A stretch of 43,873 nucleotides of DNA from positions 1 to 43,873 of the forward strand of contig JAFMHE010000001.1 in assembly GCA_017854675.1 (NCBI GenBank), written 5' to 3'. Made by a program: the position numbers and the translations under genes. Source of the stretch: Paracoccaceae bacterium. GTDB lineage: Bacteria; Pseudomonadota; Alphaproteobacteria; Rhodobacterales; Rhodobacteraceae. Below are positions 30,783 to 40,388 of this stretch, in pieces. The notes beneath the pieces are model-generated. The model saw nothing but the letters and a program-made list of their open reading frames with translations. It ran no database searches and was not told the origin of the DNA. Each line of letters begins with the position of its first letter. The first letter of the stretch is position 1.

Positions 30783-31271
30783 ATGAGCAACATTGAAGAA
30801 CTGCAGCGCCGCATCACGGCAGCTTTGGACCGCGTCGCGGTCGGGCTGGAAAATGTATCTGCCGCGCCTGCAGGTGCAGACCCTGAAATGGTCCAAGCAC
30901 TTGAGGACGAGCGCACCGCAAACGCACAACTGACCGAACGCGTTCGTGCGCTCAAGACCAAGTCGGACGCCGAGATGGCGGGTTTGCGCACGCAGGTCGA
31001 AGAGAGTAACGCGCGGATGGCGCAGCTGGATGTCGAATTGCAGCGGGTGCGCCGCGCCAATGCGGCCTTGTCAGATGCCTGCACAGCCCTGCGCGATGCC
31101 AATGCGGAAGGCGTCGGCGATGCGCATTTGATCAACAAAACCATGCTGGTCGAACTTGAAGCCCTGCGCGCAGCCCGTGCCGCAGATGTCGCGGAAACAA
31201 GCGCCATTCTGGCCGCGCTCACGCCATTGGTTGATGCTGCCGCCCCAAAAGAGGAGAGCCCGGATGCCTGA
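30783..31271 (+). CDS. Coiled-coil protein upstream of zapA (ZauP/ZapB-like)
   Basis: MSNIEELQRRITAALDR, heptad-rich sequence, GAGGAG RBS; overlaps the zapA start. Confidence 0.72.
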   Translation: MSNIEELQRRITAALDRVAVGLENVSAAPAGADPEMVQALEDERTANAQLTERVRALKTKSDAEMAGLRTQVEESNARMAQLDVELQRVRRANAALSDACTALRDANAEGVGDAHLINKTMLVELEALRAARAADVAETSAILAALTPLVDAAAPKEESPDA

Positions 31272-31656
31272 GGTACATATCACGATCGGTGGCCGTCAGT
31301 TTGAAGTGGCCTGTCAGGAGGGCGAGGAAAGCTATCTGCATTCCGCCGCCAAAATGCTGGATGACGAAGCGCAGGTGCTCAGCGATCAGGTGGGCCGCAT
31401 GCCGGAGGCGCGGATGCTGCTGATGGCGGGGCTGCTGTTGGCCGACAAAACCGCGAGCGTCGAGGACAAGATTGCCGAAGTGCGCGCCGAACTGGCCGAG
31501 CGCGAAGCGGAGCTGGCCGGGTTGCGCAATGTCGTGATCGAGCCTGAACGCATCGAGGTGCCGGTCGTCCCGCAAGCGGTCACTGATACCTTGGAAGAGC
31601 TTGCTGCCCGTGCCGAAGCCTTGGCCGCCGAGGTCGAGGAAAAAGCGGGCAAGTAG
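31264..31656 (+). CDS. zapA: Cell division protein ZapA
   Basis: MPEVHITIGGRQFEVACQEGEE...RMLLMAGLLLAD; GAGGAG RBS. Confidence 0.93.
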   Translation: MPEVHITIGGRQFEVACQEGEESYLHSAAKMLDDEAQVLSDQVGRMPEARMLLMAGLLLADKTASVEDKIAEVRAELAEREAELAGLRNVVIEPERIEVPVVPQAVTDTLEELAARAEALAAEVEEKAGK

Positions 31657-31683
31657 GTTTGGCTGGTCACGCTGCGCGAGGTT

Positions 31684-32382
31684 TCAGGTCAGATTGTTGG
31701 GCAGCATCGAAGGCGGCGCGTTCGGAAAACTGACAGCCAGCTTGCGTGCGATGTCTTTGTTCAGCAACACAGAGACTGCATTGGCCATGGTGGGTGAGGT
31801 TTCCATCATATAGCGCAGCGCGCCCAATTCCCACGCGACATAGCTGGTGCCACGCGTCGCACTGACTGTTGCGGTTGCTGGCCCGCCCAAAAGAAAAGAT
31901 ATCTCGCCCAGAAAATTGCCCGGTCCCAGTTCCGCATTGCGCCCATCACGTTCCAGAATAAATCCGTCTGTGATCGTGAGATAAAGATGTGTCGGGATGA
32001 CCCCCTGTCGAAGAAGGGGCTTTGTTTCGCTGGCATTGATGATCTGCGCCCGTTTCATCATTTTGCGAAACTGGCCCGGATTGAACGTTGGAAAAGAACG
32101 GTAAAGCGTGAGCATGTCGTCGCTCATCCCGAAGGTCGAGCGTTCGCGAAAAATGCGGTAGATGACAGGCAAGCTGGATGCGCCGATCAGCACACTTGCG
32201 ATGATCGCCTCCCACAGGGGGCTTTCCGCGATAAAGTAATAATAGAGTATGTAGAAACCGGTCCCACTTAGCAGTAAGACCCGCAACAACAGCTCACGCC
32301 GCGTGAGCAGACCAAAGACGTAGCACACTGTAGCCAAATGCACGAAGACTTTGGCGGACGTGAGATATGCGATGTAATCCAA
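31684..32382 (-). CDS. Membrane protein with 3 N-terminal TM helices and a cyclic-nucleotide-binding (Popeye-like) domain
   Basis: TTG start, hydrophobic N-terminal ~75 aa, CNB motif LGPGNFLGEISF...ATATV, C-terminal KDIARKL; no helix-turn-helix. Confidence 0.8.
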   Translation of the reverse strand: MDYIAYLTSAKVFVHLATVCYVFGLLTRRELLLRVLLLSGTGFYILYYYFIAESPLWEAIIASVLIGASSLPVIYRIFRERSTFGMSDDMLTLYRSFPTFNPGQFRKMMKRAQIINASETKPLLRQGVIPTHLYLTITDGFILERDGRNAELGPGNFLGEISFLLGGPATATVSATRGTSYVAWELGALRYMMETSPTMANAVSVLLNKDIARKLAVSFPNAPPSMLPNNLT

Positions 32383-32501
32383 TGAACCGACCTAGAAATT
32401 GACTGGCGGAAACGGTAGCCGGATTGGATTAAAACACAAGGCGCAATCAGGTTGTGACCCCAGGCGCCGGATCGAAATGCCGCACAGCATGATTTGAACG
32501 T

Positions 32502-32535
32502 GAAAACGCCCCGGACCGGTGGCCGGGGCGTTTTC
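32502..32535. terminator. Rho-independent terminator downstream of grxD
   Basis: GAAAACGCCCCGG-loop-CCGGGGCGTTTTC. Confidence 0.8.
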
Positions 32536-32570
32536 TATTTGGACCGGGATAACCGGGTCGAAAAAGAGAC

Positions 32571-32933
32571 TTATCCGTTGGCTTCGCGGATCTTGTCGGC
32601 GGCGTCTTTGTCATATGTCACGCCGTTTTCCTCGAACAAGGTGTCCAACTCGCCCGACAGGGTCATCTCTGTGATGATGTCACAGCCGCCGACAAATTCG
32701 CCTTTGACGTAAAGCTGTGGGATGGTTGGCCAGTCGGAAAAATCCTTGATGCCTTGGCGCACGGTTTCATCGGCCAGTACATTCACATCGGCAAAATCGA
32801 CGCCCATATAGTTCAGCACACCTGCCACGCGCGAGGAAAACCCGCATTGCGGCATCTCTTTTGTGCCCTTCATAAAGAGCACAACACTGTTGGTCGTGAT
32901 TTTCTCTTGGATTACTGATTTTGCGTCGGTCAT
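32571..32933 (-). CDS. grxD: Monothiol glutaredoxin Grx4
   Basis: [14 protein letters not shown] and GGCDI motifs. Confidence 0.97.
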   Translation of the reverse strand: MTDAKSVIQEKITTNSVVLFMKGTKEMPQCGFSSRVAGVLNYMGVDFADVNVLADETVRQGIKDFSDWPTIPQLYVKGEFVGGCDIITEMTLSGELDTLFEENGVTYDKDAADKIREANG

Positions 32934-32937
32934 GGGG

Positions 32938-33288
32938 TTAATCCTTTGTTTTAGCTTTTAGAAATGCAGCGTGGTAGCGCGCCGCATACGTTTCATCATC
33001 TGATAGCGGGGCGACATCTGTGTCCGCTGATCCCGCAAGAAAACCGCCCTTGCGCGAGGTCCAGTTGGTATTGCCCCGCTCAAGGCTTTCGTTGCGCCGT
33101 GTGGTGGCGCGAATATGGTCAAGGTCCAGTTCTTCCATGCCCAAGGGGACGGTGCGGGTGTCTGGTCGTTCAGGTTGACGCTGGGCCAATGGGCGGTACA
33201 TGCCTTTTTGGCCACGGTACTGCTGTAGGCAGATCGCTGCAAAACCCACACCAATTATGCCAAGAAACCACAGCAACATTTCGATCAA
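32938..33288 (-). CDS. Hypothetical membrane-anchored protein between bolA and grxD
   Basis: TTG start overlaps the bolA stop (alternative ATG 33279). N-terminal TM; stops 4 nt before grxD. Confidence 0.6.
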   Translation of the reverse strand: MIEMLLWFLGIIGVGFAAICLQQYRGQKGMYRPLAQRQPERPDTRTVPLGMEELDLDHIRATTRRNESLERGNTNWTSRKGGFLAGSADTDVAPLSDDETYAARYHAAFLKAKTKD

Positions 33289-33521
33289 TCCGGCGCGCGC
33301 GTGGTCAGGGCAAGCGCATGCAATGCGCCATTGGCACCGTCCATCCTGCCTTTGAGGGCTGCGTAAACGGCGCGCTGTTGTTGGACGCGGTTCATGCCTT
33401 TAAAGGAGGCGTCGACCACCATTGCGGCCATATGCACACCATCGTCACCCTGAACGGTGATTTCAGCGTCTGGAAACGAGGCGCGGATCAGTTCTTCGAT
33501 CTCGTGGGCTTGCATCGGCAT
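33285..33521 (-). CDS. BolA/IbaG family protein
   Basis: DDGVH, FKGMNRVQQQRAVY and LHALALTT motifs. Start ATG 33521 chosen from AAGGA spacing. Confidence 0.93.
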   Translation of the reverse strand: MPMQAHEIEELIRASFPDAEITVQGDDGVHMAAMVVDASFKGMNRVQQQRAVYAALKGRMDGANGALHALALTTRAPD

Positions 33522-33742
33522 GGCGGGCATTCCTTATCATATCGCATTGCCTCAGATGTAGGGTGTGCGGCAAGGCTCTGCAAGCGATCTACAGTTGTTT
33601 TCGAGCGTCGATTTGATCGAAGCTGTGCGTGGCCGCCGCGTGCCCCTTGCAGCGCGCGCATCCGAATTCCACTTGTCAATCGGCGCTGCCTTTGCCTCAC
33701 TGGGGGCAATAGCAGCAGCACGAGACTGAAAAGGGGATCGTT

Positions 33743-34711
33743 ATGCAGACCGTCGAGAATATACTGGAACAGGCGTTGGCTTGGGTCAGGGCGGGCAAAG
33801 GCGTCGCCTTGGCCACTGTGATTGAGACATGGGGGTCTGCGCCGCGCCGTGTTGGGGCACAATTGGTGGTGTCGGACGCGGGCGCGATGGAGGGGTCGGT
33901 GTCGGGCGGCTGCGTCGAAGGCGCCGTTGTTGTGGAGGCGCTTGAGGTCATCGAGGAGGGCGGTGCGCGCGTTCTGGAATATGGCGTCAGTGACGGGGAT
34001 GCCTTTGCCGTGGGTCTGGCCTGTGGGGGCAATATCCGGGTTCTGGTCGAACCTGTGGGGCCACATGGCATGCCCGTTGACATGTTGGAGGCGCTGGTTG
34101 CTGCGCGGGCCGCACGGCAGCAGATCGCCTATGAGGTGGCGCTGGACGGATCATCGCGAAAGCTGTCCGGTGAGGGTCATATAGACCGTTTTCGCATGGA
34201 TCGCTCGGGGTTAAGTGATGACGGGCAAACCTTTATAGCCATCCACAACCCGCCTTTGCGGTTGATCATTGTGGGCGGGGTTCATATCGCCCAGCATTTG
34301 GCGGCGATGGCGCAGGCAACCGGCTTTGATGCGTGGATCGTGGACCCGCGAGAGGCATTTGGATCGCAGGCGCGTTTCCCCGACGCCCACGTTGTGAACG
34401 ACTGGCCTGATGCGGCATTGGCGCAGATTGGCGTCGATGCGCGTACTGCCGTTGTATTGTTGACCCATGACCCCAAGCTGGATGATCCGGCGCTCAAAAT
34501 CGCGCTTGGATCGGATGCGTTTTATATCGGAGCTTTGGGCAGCCGCCGCACCCATGGCACCCGCGTGGCGCGCATGGGCGACGCTGGATTTGACGCGCCA
34601 ACCATTGGCCGTATCCATGGCCCGGTCGGTTTGAACATCGGCGCTGCCGGTCCGGCGGAAATTGCGGTTTCTGTCCTTGCTCAGATGATCCAAACGCTGA
34701 GGGTCGCGTGA
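33743..34711 (+). CDS. XdhC/CoxI family Moco-insertion chaperone
   Basis: TWGSAPR, GSVSGGCVE, GLACGG, LTHDPKLDD and YIGALGSRRTH motifs. Confidence 0.93.
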   Translation: MQTVENILEQALAWVRAGKGVALATVIETWGSAPRRVGAQLVVSDAGAMEGSVSGGCVEGAVVVEALEVIEEGGARVLEYGVSDGDAFAVGLACGGNIRVLVEPVGPHGMPVDMLEALVAARAARQQIAYEVALDGSSRKLSGEGHIDRFRMDRSGLSDDGQTFIAIHNPPLRLIIVGGVHIAQHLAAMAQATGFDAWIVDPREAFGSQARFPDAHVVNDWPDAALAQIGVDARTAVVLLTHDPKLDDPALKIALGSDAFYIGALGSRRTHGTRVARMGDAGFDAPTIGRIHGPVGLNIGAAGPAEIAVSVLAQMIQTLRVA

Positions 34712-35697
34712 AGTTTGGGCCCGTACCGGTAGCTGAGGCCGAGGGCGCTGTGTTGGCGCATTCGGTCGGGGTGCCGTCGGGGCGGTTGCGCAAGGGCCGC
34801 GTCCTGAGTGCGGCAGATGTTTCGGCATTGTTGGCGGGCGGGGTCCGCGATGTGATTGTTGCGCGGCTTGAACCCGGCGATGTTGGCGAAGATGTCGCGG
34901 CCGCCGCACTTGCCTGTGCGGTTTGTGGCAACGATCAAGGGTTGGACATAACGACAGCATTCACGGGCCGGGTGAACCTGATCGCACAGACGGCCGGCGT
35001 GGCGGTTCTGGATGTTGCCGCACTTGAGGCGATCAATGCAGTGCACCCGATGATCACAATCGCGACCGTGCCCCCGCATCAGCAAATGGCCAAAGGGGGT
35101 ATGGTCGCGACGATCAAGATCATTTCCTATGCGGTGCCCGAAACCGACTTGGCGCGTGCGGTTTCTTTGGCGGGGTCCGGCGCGATTACGCTGGCGCGGC
35201 CCGTGGTGAAAACGGCGCAGTTGATCATCACCGAAATTCCCGGTGGCGCAGGGGAAAAGGGGCGCGATGCAATCGAGGGCCGGTTGCAGGCTCTGGGTGT
35301 CACGCTCAGCGATGTGGTGCTTGTGCCGCATCAGACAGACAGCCTTGCCGCTGCAATAGCGGCGTCGACAGCCGATATCGTCTTGATTCTGACCGGATCA
35401 GCGACGTCTGACATTGATGATGTAGCACCATCGGCCCTGCGCGGGGCGGGCGGGCAGGTGCGACACTTTGGCATGCCTGTTGATCCCGGAAACCTGCTGT
35501 TTCTGGGTACGCTGGGTGATCGCACCGTGATCGGCTTGCCGGGATGCGCCCGCGCGCCTGCGCTGAACGGTGCGGATTGGGTGTTATCGCGCGAAATCTG
35601 CGGTTTGAGCGTCTCATCGCAAGACATTGCCGGCATGGGGGTCGGTGGCCTGCTCAAGGAGATCCCGACACGCCCGCAACCGCGACGGGGCAGGTAG
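34708..35697 (+). CDS. Molybdopterin-binding protein (MoeA/MoCF_biosynth-like)
   Basis: GTG start overlapping the xdhC stop. FGMPVDPGNLL and GLPGCAR motifs; no C-terminal nucleotidyltransferase domain. Confidence 0.82.
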   Translation: MKFGPVPVAEAEGAVLAHSVGVPSGRLRKGRVLSAADVSALLAGGVRDVIVARLEPGDVGEDVAAAALACAVCGNDQGLDITTAFTGRVNLIAQTAGVAVLDVAALEAINAVHPMITIATVPPHQQMAKGGMVATIKIISYAVPETDLARAVSLAGSGAITLARPVVKTAQLIITEIPGGAGEKGRDAIEGRLQALGVTLSDVVLVPHQTDSLAAAIAASTADIVLILTGSATSDIDDVAPSALRGAGGQVRHFGMPVDPGNLLFLGTLGDRTVIGLPGCARAPALNGADWVLSREICGLSVSSQDIAGMGVGGLLKEIPTRPQPRRGR

Positions 35698-35814
35698 CCA
35701 TCTGCGCCACAAGGCAGAATAGTGCTAATTCAACCGTTTGCGAAAATTGTGGTTCTCAACTTGGGATTGGCATGATTAACTCGGATCAAACAAAAGACAA
35801 AAAGGGAGGATACT

Positions 35815-36300
<486 letters not shown>

Positions 36301-36401
36301 TACATCGAAAATCCAGGGTATCGCGCGGGGAGGCGCGGCACCCTTATCTGTAGGATATGAAGGTGTGCCATGCGCATGCCCCACCCATGGGAGGAATGAA
36401 T

Positions 36402-38768
36402 ATGCCTAAGGACGGCGGAATTGGTGCCAGCAGCAAGCGGCGCGAAGACGTCCGGTTTTTGACCGGCAATGGAAATTATACGGATGACATCAACAAGCGC
36501 GGGCAAGCGCATGTGTTTTTCCTGCGCTCTGATGTCGCGCACGGTGTTCTGAAATCGGTTGATACCGCAGCGGCTGCCGCAATGGACGGCGTCGTGCAGA
36601 TTTTCACCGGTGCGGATTTCGAAGCCATCGGCGGCATGCCGTGCGGCTGGCAAGTCACCGACAAAAACGGCGAAGTGATGCAAGAGCCCAAGCACCCCGT
36701 GCTTGCGCATGGCAAAGTGCGTCATGTGGGCGAACCGATTGCTGCTGTTGTGGCCGATACTTTGGCACAGGCCCGCGACGCGGCTGAGGCAATCGTGGTC
36801 GAGATTGACGATCTGCCTGCCGTGATCAACATGAAGAACGCCGTCAAAGAGGGCGCGACGAAGGTCCATGACGATCTGACTTCTAACCTTTGCTATGACT
36901 GGGCATTGGGGGCGGAAAATAAAGACGCGGTGGATGCGGCGTTCAAGAACGCGGCCCATGTCACAACGCTTGAGTTGGTCAACAACCGTTTGGTCGCCAA
37001 CCCGATGGAGCCGCGCGTGGCCCTGGGTGATTACAACCGTTCGGACGATCAGCACACGCTTTATACAACGTCACAGAACCCGCATGTGATCCGTCTGTTG
37101 ATGGGCGCTTTTGTTTTGGGCATTCCAGAGCACAAGCTGCGGGTCGTTGCCCCGGACGTCGGGGGTGGATTTGGCACCAAAATCTTTCACTATCAGGAAG
37201 AGGCGTTCTGCACATTTGCCGCCAAGGCCTGCAACCGTCCCGTCAAATGGACGTCAAGCCGGTCAGAGGCCTTTATCTCTGACGCGCATGGTCGCGATCA
37301 TGTAAGCAAGATCGAGCTGGCGCTGGATGCGGACAACAACTTTACCGCGCTGCGCACCGATACCTACGCCAACATGGGCGCTTATCTGAGCACCTTTGCA
37401 CCGTCGGTTCCAACTTGGCTGCATGGCATCCTGATGGCCGGCAACTACAAGACGCCGGTGATCTATGTGAACGTCAAGGCGGTGTTTACCAATACGGTTC
37501 CGGTAGATGCGTATCGTGGCGCTGGACGCCCCGAGGCCACCTATCAGCTGGAGCGGCTGGTTGATAAAGCGGCACATGAGTTGAAGGTCGATCCGATTGC
37601 TTTGCGGCGTCAGAACTTTATCACCGAGTTTCCCTATGCCACACCCGTCGCGGTCGAGTATGACACCGGCGATTATGTTGCGACGATGGACAAGCTTGAA
37701 GAGATCTCTGACCTGGCCGGTTTTGCGGCGCGTCGCAAAGCGTCCGAGGCCAAGGGCAAGCTGCGTGGTTTTGGCGTGAACTGCTATATCGAGGCCTGCG
37801 GCATTGCGCCGTCGAATTTGGTGGGTCAGTTGGGCGCGCGTGCGGGTCTGTACGAATCTGCAACTGTGCGGGTGAACGCGACGGGTGGTCTTGTTGTGAT
37901 GACGGGTTCGCATTCACACGGGCAGGGGCACGAGACATCCTTTGCGCAAGTCGTGGCCGAGATGATCGGCATTGACGAGAACATGATCGAGATCGTCCAT
38001 GGTGATACGTCCAAAGTGCCGATGGGCATGGGGACGTATGGCTCGCGTTCTATCGCGGTTGGTGGATCTGCGATGGTCCGCGCGACTGAAAAGATCATCG
38101 CCAAGGCCAAGAAGATCGCGTCGCACCTGCTGGAAGCCTCGGAAAGTGACATCGAGTTGAAGGATGGCGCGTTTAGTGTTGCAGGTACGGACAAATCCGT
38201 GGCGTGGGGCGATGTGACATTGGCGGCCTATGTGCCGCACAATTATCCGCTCGAGGATATTGAACCCGGTCTGGAAGAAACCGCGTTTTATGATCCGTCG
38301 AACTTTACCTATCCATCGGGTGCCTATGCCTGCGAGGTGGAGTTGGACCCCGAGACAGGTCAAGTTACAATCGAGCGTTTCTCTGCCGCAGATGACTTTG
38401 GCAATATCATCAACCCGATGATTGTGACTGGTCAGGTGCATGGTGGATTGGCGCAGGGCATTGGCCAGGCGTTGCTGGAAAACTGCGTCTATGATGATGA
38501 AGGTCAGCTTTTGAGCGCGTCCTACATGGATTATGCGATGCCACGCGCATCGGATCTACCAATGTATGATGTGGATCATTCGTGCCAGACGCCGTGTACG
38601 CATAACCCGCTGGGTGTGAAGGGCTGCGGTGAGGCCGGCGCAATTGGATCGCCACCATCGGTTGTGAATGCCGTGTTGGATGCGATGCGGTCGGGCGGCC
38701 ATGACATCGGGCATATTGATATGCCTGTGTCACCGTCGCGCGTCTGGGCAGCGATGCAGAAGAGTTGA
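36402..38768 (+). CDS. coxL: Molybdenum hydroxylase large subunit, form II CoxL-like
   Basis: Start ATG 36402 after GGAGG. DVGGGFG, active-site AYRGAGR, GQGHET and KGCGEAG motifs. Confidence 0.9.
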   Translation: MPKDGGIGASSKRREDVRFLTGNGNYTDDINKRGQAHVFFLRSDVAHGVLKSVDTAAAAAMDGVVQIFTGADFEAIGGMPCGWQVTDKNGEVMQEPKHPVLAHGKVRHVGEPIAAVVADTLAQARDAAEAIVVEIDDLPAVINMKNAVKEGATKVHDDLTSNLCYDWALGAENKDAVDAAFKNAAHVTTLELVNNRLVANPMEPRVALGDYNRSDDQHTLYTTSQNPHVIRLLMGAFVLGIPEHKLRVVAPDVGGGFGTKIFHYQEEAFCTFAAKACNRPVKWTSSRSEAFISDAHGRDHVSKIELALDADNNFTALRTDTYANMGAYLSTFAPSVPTWLHGILMAGNYKTPVIYVNVKAVFTNTVPVDAYRGAGRPEATYQLERLVDKAAHELKVDPIALRRQNFITEFPYATPVAVEYDTGDYVATMDKLEEISDLAGFAARRKASEAKGKLRGFGVNCYIEACGIAPSNLVGQLGARAGLYESATVRVNATGGLVVMTGSHSHGQGHETSFAQVVAEMIGIDENMIEIVHGDTSKVPMGMGTYGSRSIAVGGSAMVRATEKIIAKAKKIASHLLEASESDIELKDGAFSVAGTDKSVAWGDVTLAAYVPHNYPLEDIEPGLEETAFYDPSNFTYPSGAYACEVELDPETGQVTIERFSAADDFGNIINPMIVTGQVHGGLAQGIGQALLENCVYDDEGQLLSASYMDYAMPRASDLPMYDVDHSCQTPCTHNPLGVKGCGEAGAIGSPPSVVNAVLDAMRSGGHDIGHIDMPVSPSRVWAAMQKS

Positions 38769-38783
38769 TAGCTTGCGCAGTTC

Positions 38784-38861
38784 GGGGCGTCGCCATTGGG
38801 CTTGAACCAATGGCGCACAATGGCGACCCCCGGACCTCGGAGGTTTATTTTGAAAGATGAA
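38784..38861 (+). repeat. Dispersed intergenic element, copy 3, with upstream hairpin
   Basis: CGCCATTGG-N7-CCAATGGCG hairpin, then GGAGGTTTATTTTGAAAGATGAA (38839-38861; 20/23 identical to copies 1 and 2). Confidence 0.75.
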
Positions 38862-38908
38862 AGGGATTTTGGGCGCATGTGCGACTGAAGTTCTGACCGA
38901 AAGGAACA

Positions 38909-39703
38909 ATGATGTATAATTTCGATGTAGAGATGCCGTCTACGGTGGCCGATGCGGTCAAGGCGATGGCGCGAGACGAGGCACAGCCGATGTCAGGCGG
39001 GCAGACGTTGATCCCGACGTTGAAGGCGCGCTTGGCCGCACCTTCGGTGTTGGTGTCGCTGACCGGCATTGACGAGATGAAGGGGGTTTGCATGGATGAT
39101 GCAGGTCGCCTTTGTATTGGTGGTGCGACAACGCATGCGCGTGTGGCAGCAGAGGCAGCAGCGCATTATCCGGCACTTGCGTCCCTTGCGGCGCGCATTG
39201 GTGATCCGGCGGTGCGCAACCGTGGCACGATTGGTGGCTCGATTGCCAACAACGATCCATCGGCGTGCTATCCGGCAGGGGCGTTGGGCAGTGGTGCAAC
39301 GATCACCACCAACAAGCGCGAGATTGCAGCGGATGATTATTTTCAGGGGATGTTTGAAACTGCCCTTGAAGAGGGCGAGATTGTCACAGAGGTGAAATTC
39401 CCTGTGCCGACCGCCGCGCATTATGAGAAGTTTTTGCAGCCTGCGTCGCGATTCCCGCTTGTGGCGGCCTATGTCGCAAAGTTCGGGGATGGCGTGCGTG
39501 TGGCGATCACAGGTGCCTCCAACAATGGTGTGTTCCGTTGGGGTGAGGCCGAAGCCGCGCTTGGCGCGAATTTCGCGGCAGATGCGGTTGCGGGTCTTGC
39601 TGTGGATGCGACTGATATGATCAGCGATTTGCACGGCACTGCGGAATACCGTGCACATCTGATCGGTGTGATGACCAAACGGGCAGTCGCGGCGATCAGC
39701 TGA
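38909..39703 (+). CDS. coxM: Molybdenum hydroxylase FAD-binding subunit (CoxM-like)
   Basis: SGGQTLIP, IGDPAVRNRGTIGGS and AEYRAHL motifs. Confidence 0.92.
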   Translation: MMYNFDVEMPSTVADAVKAMARDEAQPMSGGQTLIPTLKARLAAPSVLVSLTGIDEMKGVCMDDAGRLCIGGATTHARVAAEAAAHYPALASLAARIGDPAVRNRGTIGGSIANNDPSACYPAGALGSGATITTNKREIAADDYFQGMFETALEEGEIVTEVKFPVPTAAHYEKFLQPASRFPLVAAYVAKFGDGVRVAITGASNNGVFRWGEAEAALGANFAADAVAGLAVDATDMISDLHGTAEYRAHLIGVMTKRAVAAIS

Positions 39704-39725
39704 TGCGTTGTTTCTAAAGCCTATT

Positions 39726-39757
39726 AAAACCGCGTTCAGATGAGCGCGGTTTTTTTT
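39726..39757. terminator. Rho-independent terminator after coxM (potentially bidirectional)
   Basis: AAAACCGCGTTCA-GA-TGAGCGCGG followed by T8. Confidence 0.85.
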
Positions 39758-39918
39758 GTGCGGTGTCAGGGGAATGGGTTGGCCATGCGGATGTAAGCAC
39801 CCCCACCAATTCCTTGAGAATAACGTTCGGGTGGTTCGGGGCTACATTTGTATTGGGGTATTACGGCGGGCCGACAGAGCGGCGCGTATCTAATTGCAAG
39901 GCTGCCGTTTTTGGTCAG

Positions 39919-40227
39919 TCAGCAGCTATTTGCTGCTTGGCCGCGCGCCAGTTCTGTTTGGTCTGCATAAACCGCATTGCGTATTCTGGGCCGGGTTTCG
40001 GTTAGAACCGCACCTGATTTACTGGCAAAACAGCGGCAATTTATGTTCTCAGTATTCCCTTGGCAGTAGGCGAGTTCACGGCTGACGGTCGCATTGAATT
40101 CTTCCTGACTGACATTGGACTGGCTTGGGGCACTAGTCGTCATCAACGAGGGGGTCGAGAAAACGCCGTATGTCACGGCGGCCCCTACAATGAGTACAAT
40201 GATCGCAATGCGGTAGTCATGCTGCAT
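39919..40227 (-). CDS. Hypothetical membrane-anchored or exported Cys-containing protein (102 aa)
   Basis: GAGGGGG RBS, N-terminal TM, four Cys (C-x7-C-x-C and a terminal C). Confidence 0.62.
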   Translation of the reverse strand: MQHDYRIAIIVLIVGAAVTYGVFSTPSLMTTSAPSQSNVSQEEFNATVSRELAYCQGNTENINCRCFASKSGAVLTETRPRIRNAVYADQTELARGQAANSC

Positions 40228-40306
40228 GTAAGCGCCCCCTCACGTTCGGAGACGTTTTTTCAGAAATCTCTTAATAACTGGTTGAGATATCTTTCCTATT
40301 TGATGC

Positions 40307-40330
40307 AAAAAACCCCGCAAAATGCGGGGT
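40307..40330 (-). terminator. Rho-independent terminator of infC
   Basis: Minus strand reads CCCCGCA-TTT-TGCGGGG-TTTTTT. A second hairpin CGCTCCC/GGGAGCG lies at 40351-40370. Confidence 0.8.
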
Positions 40331-40388
40331 AATTACCGAGGCCTGTCAGCCGCTCCCCCTTGAGGGAGCGATAAGAAGGCTTTTTCGG

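Noticed and set aside
31657-31683. 6S RNA (ssrS), often found downstream of zapA
   Set aside because: Only 27 nt lie before the convergent gene's stop, which leaves no room.
31684-32382. TM + cNMP protein as a Pycsar/CBASS anti-phage effector or Crp/Fnr regulator
   Set aside because: No adjacent cyclase or defence genes, and no C-terminal helix-turn-helix.
36301-36401. GC-rich hairpin between coxS and coxL as a riboswitch (for example Moco)
   Set aside because: Only an imperfect stem is visible, and I cannot recognise conserved riboswitch motifs.
36402-38768. Bona fide (form I) CO dehydrogenase
   Set aside because: Has AYRGAGR rather than AYxCSFR, and S-L-M gene order.
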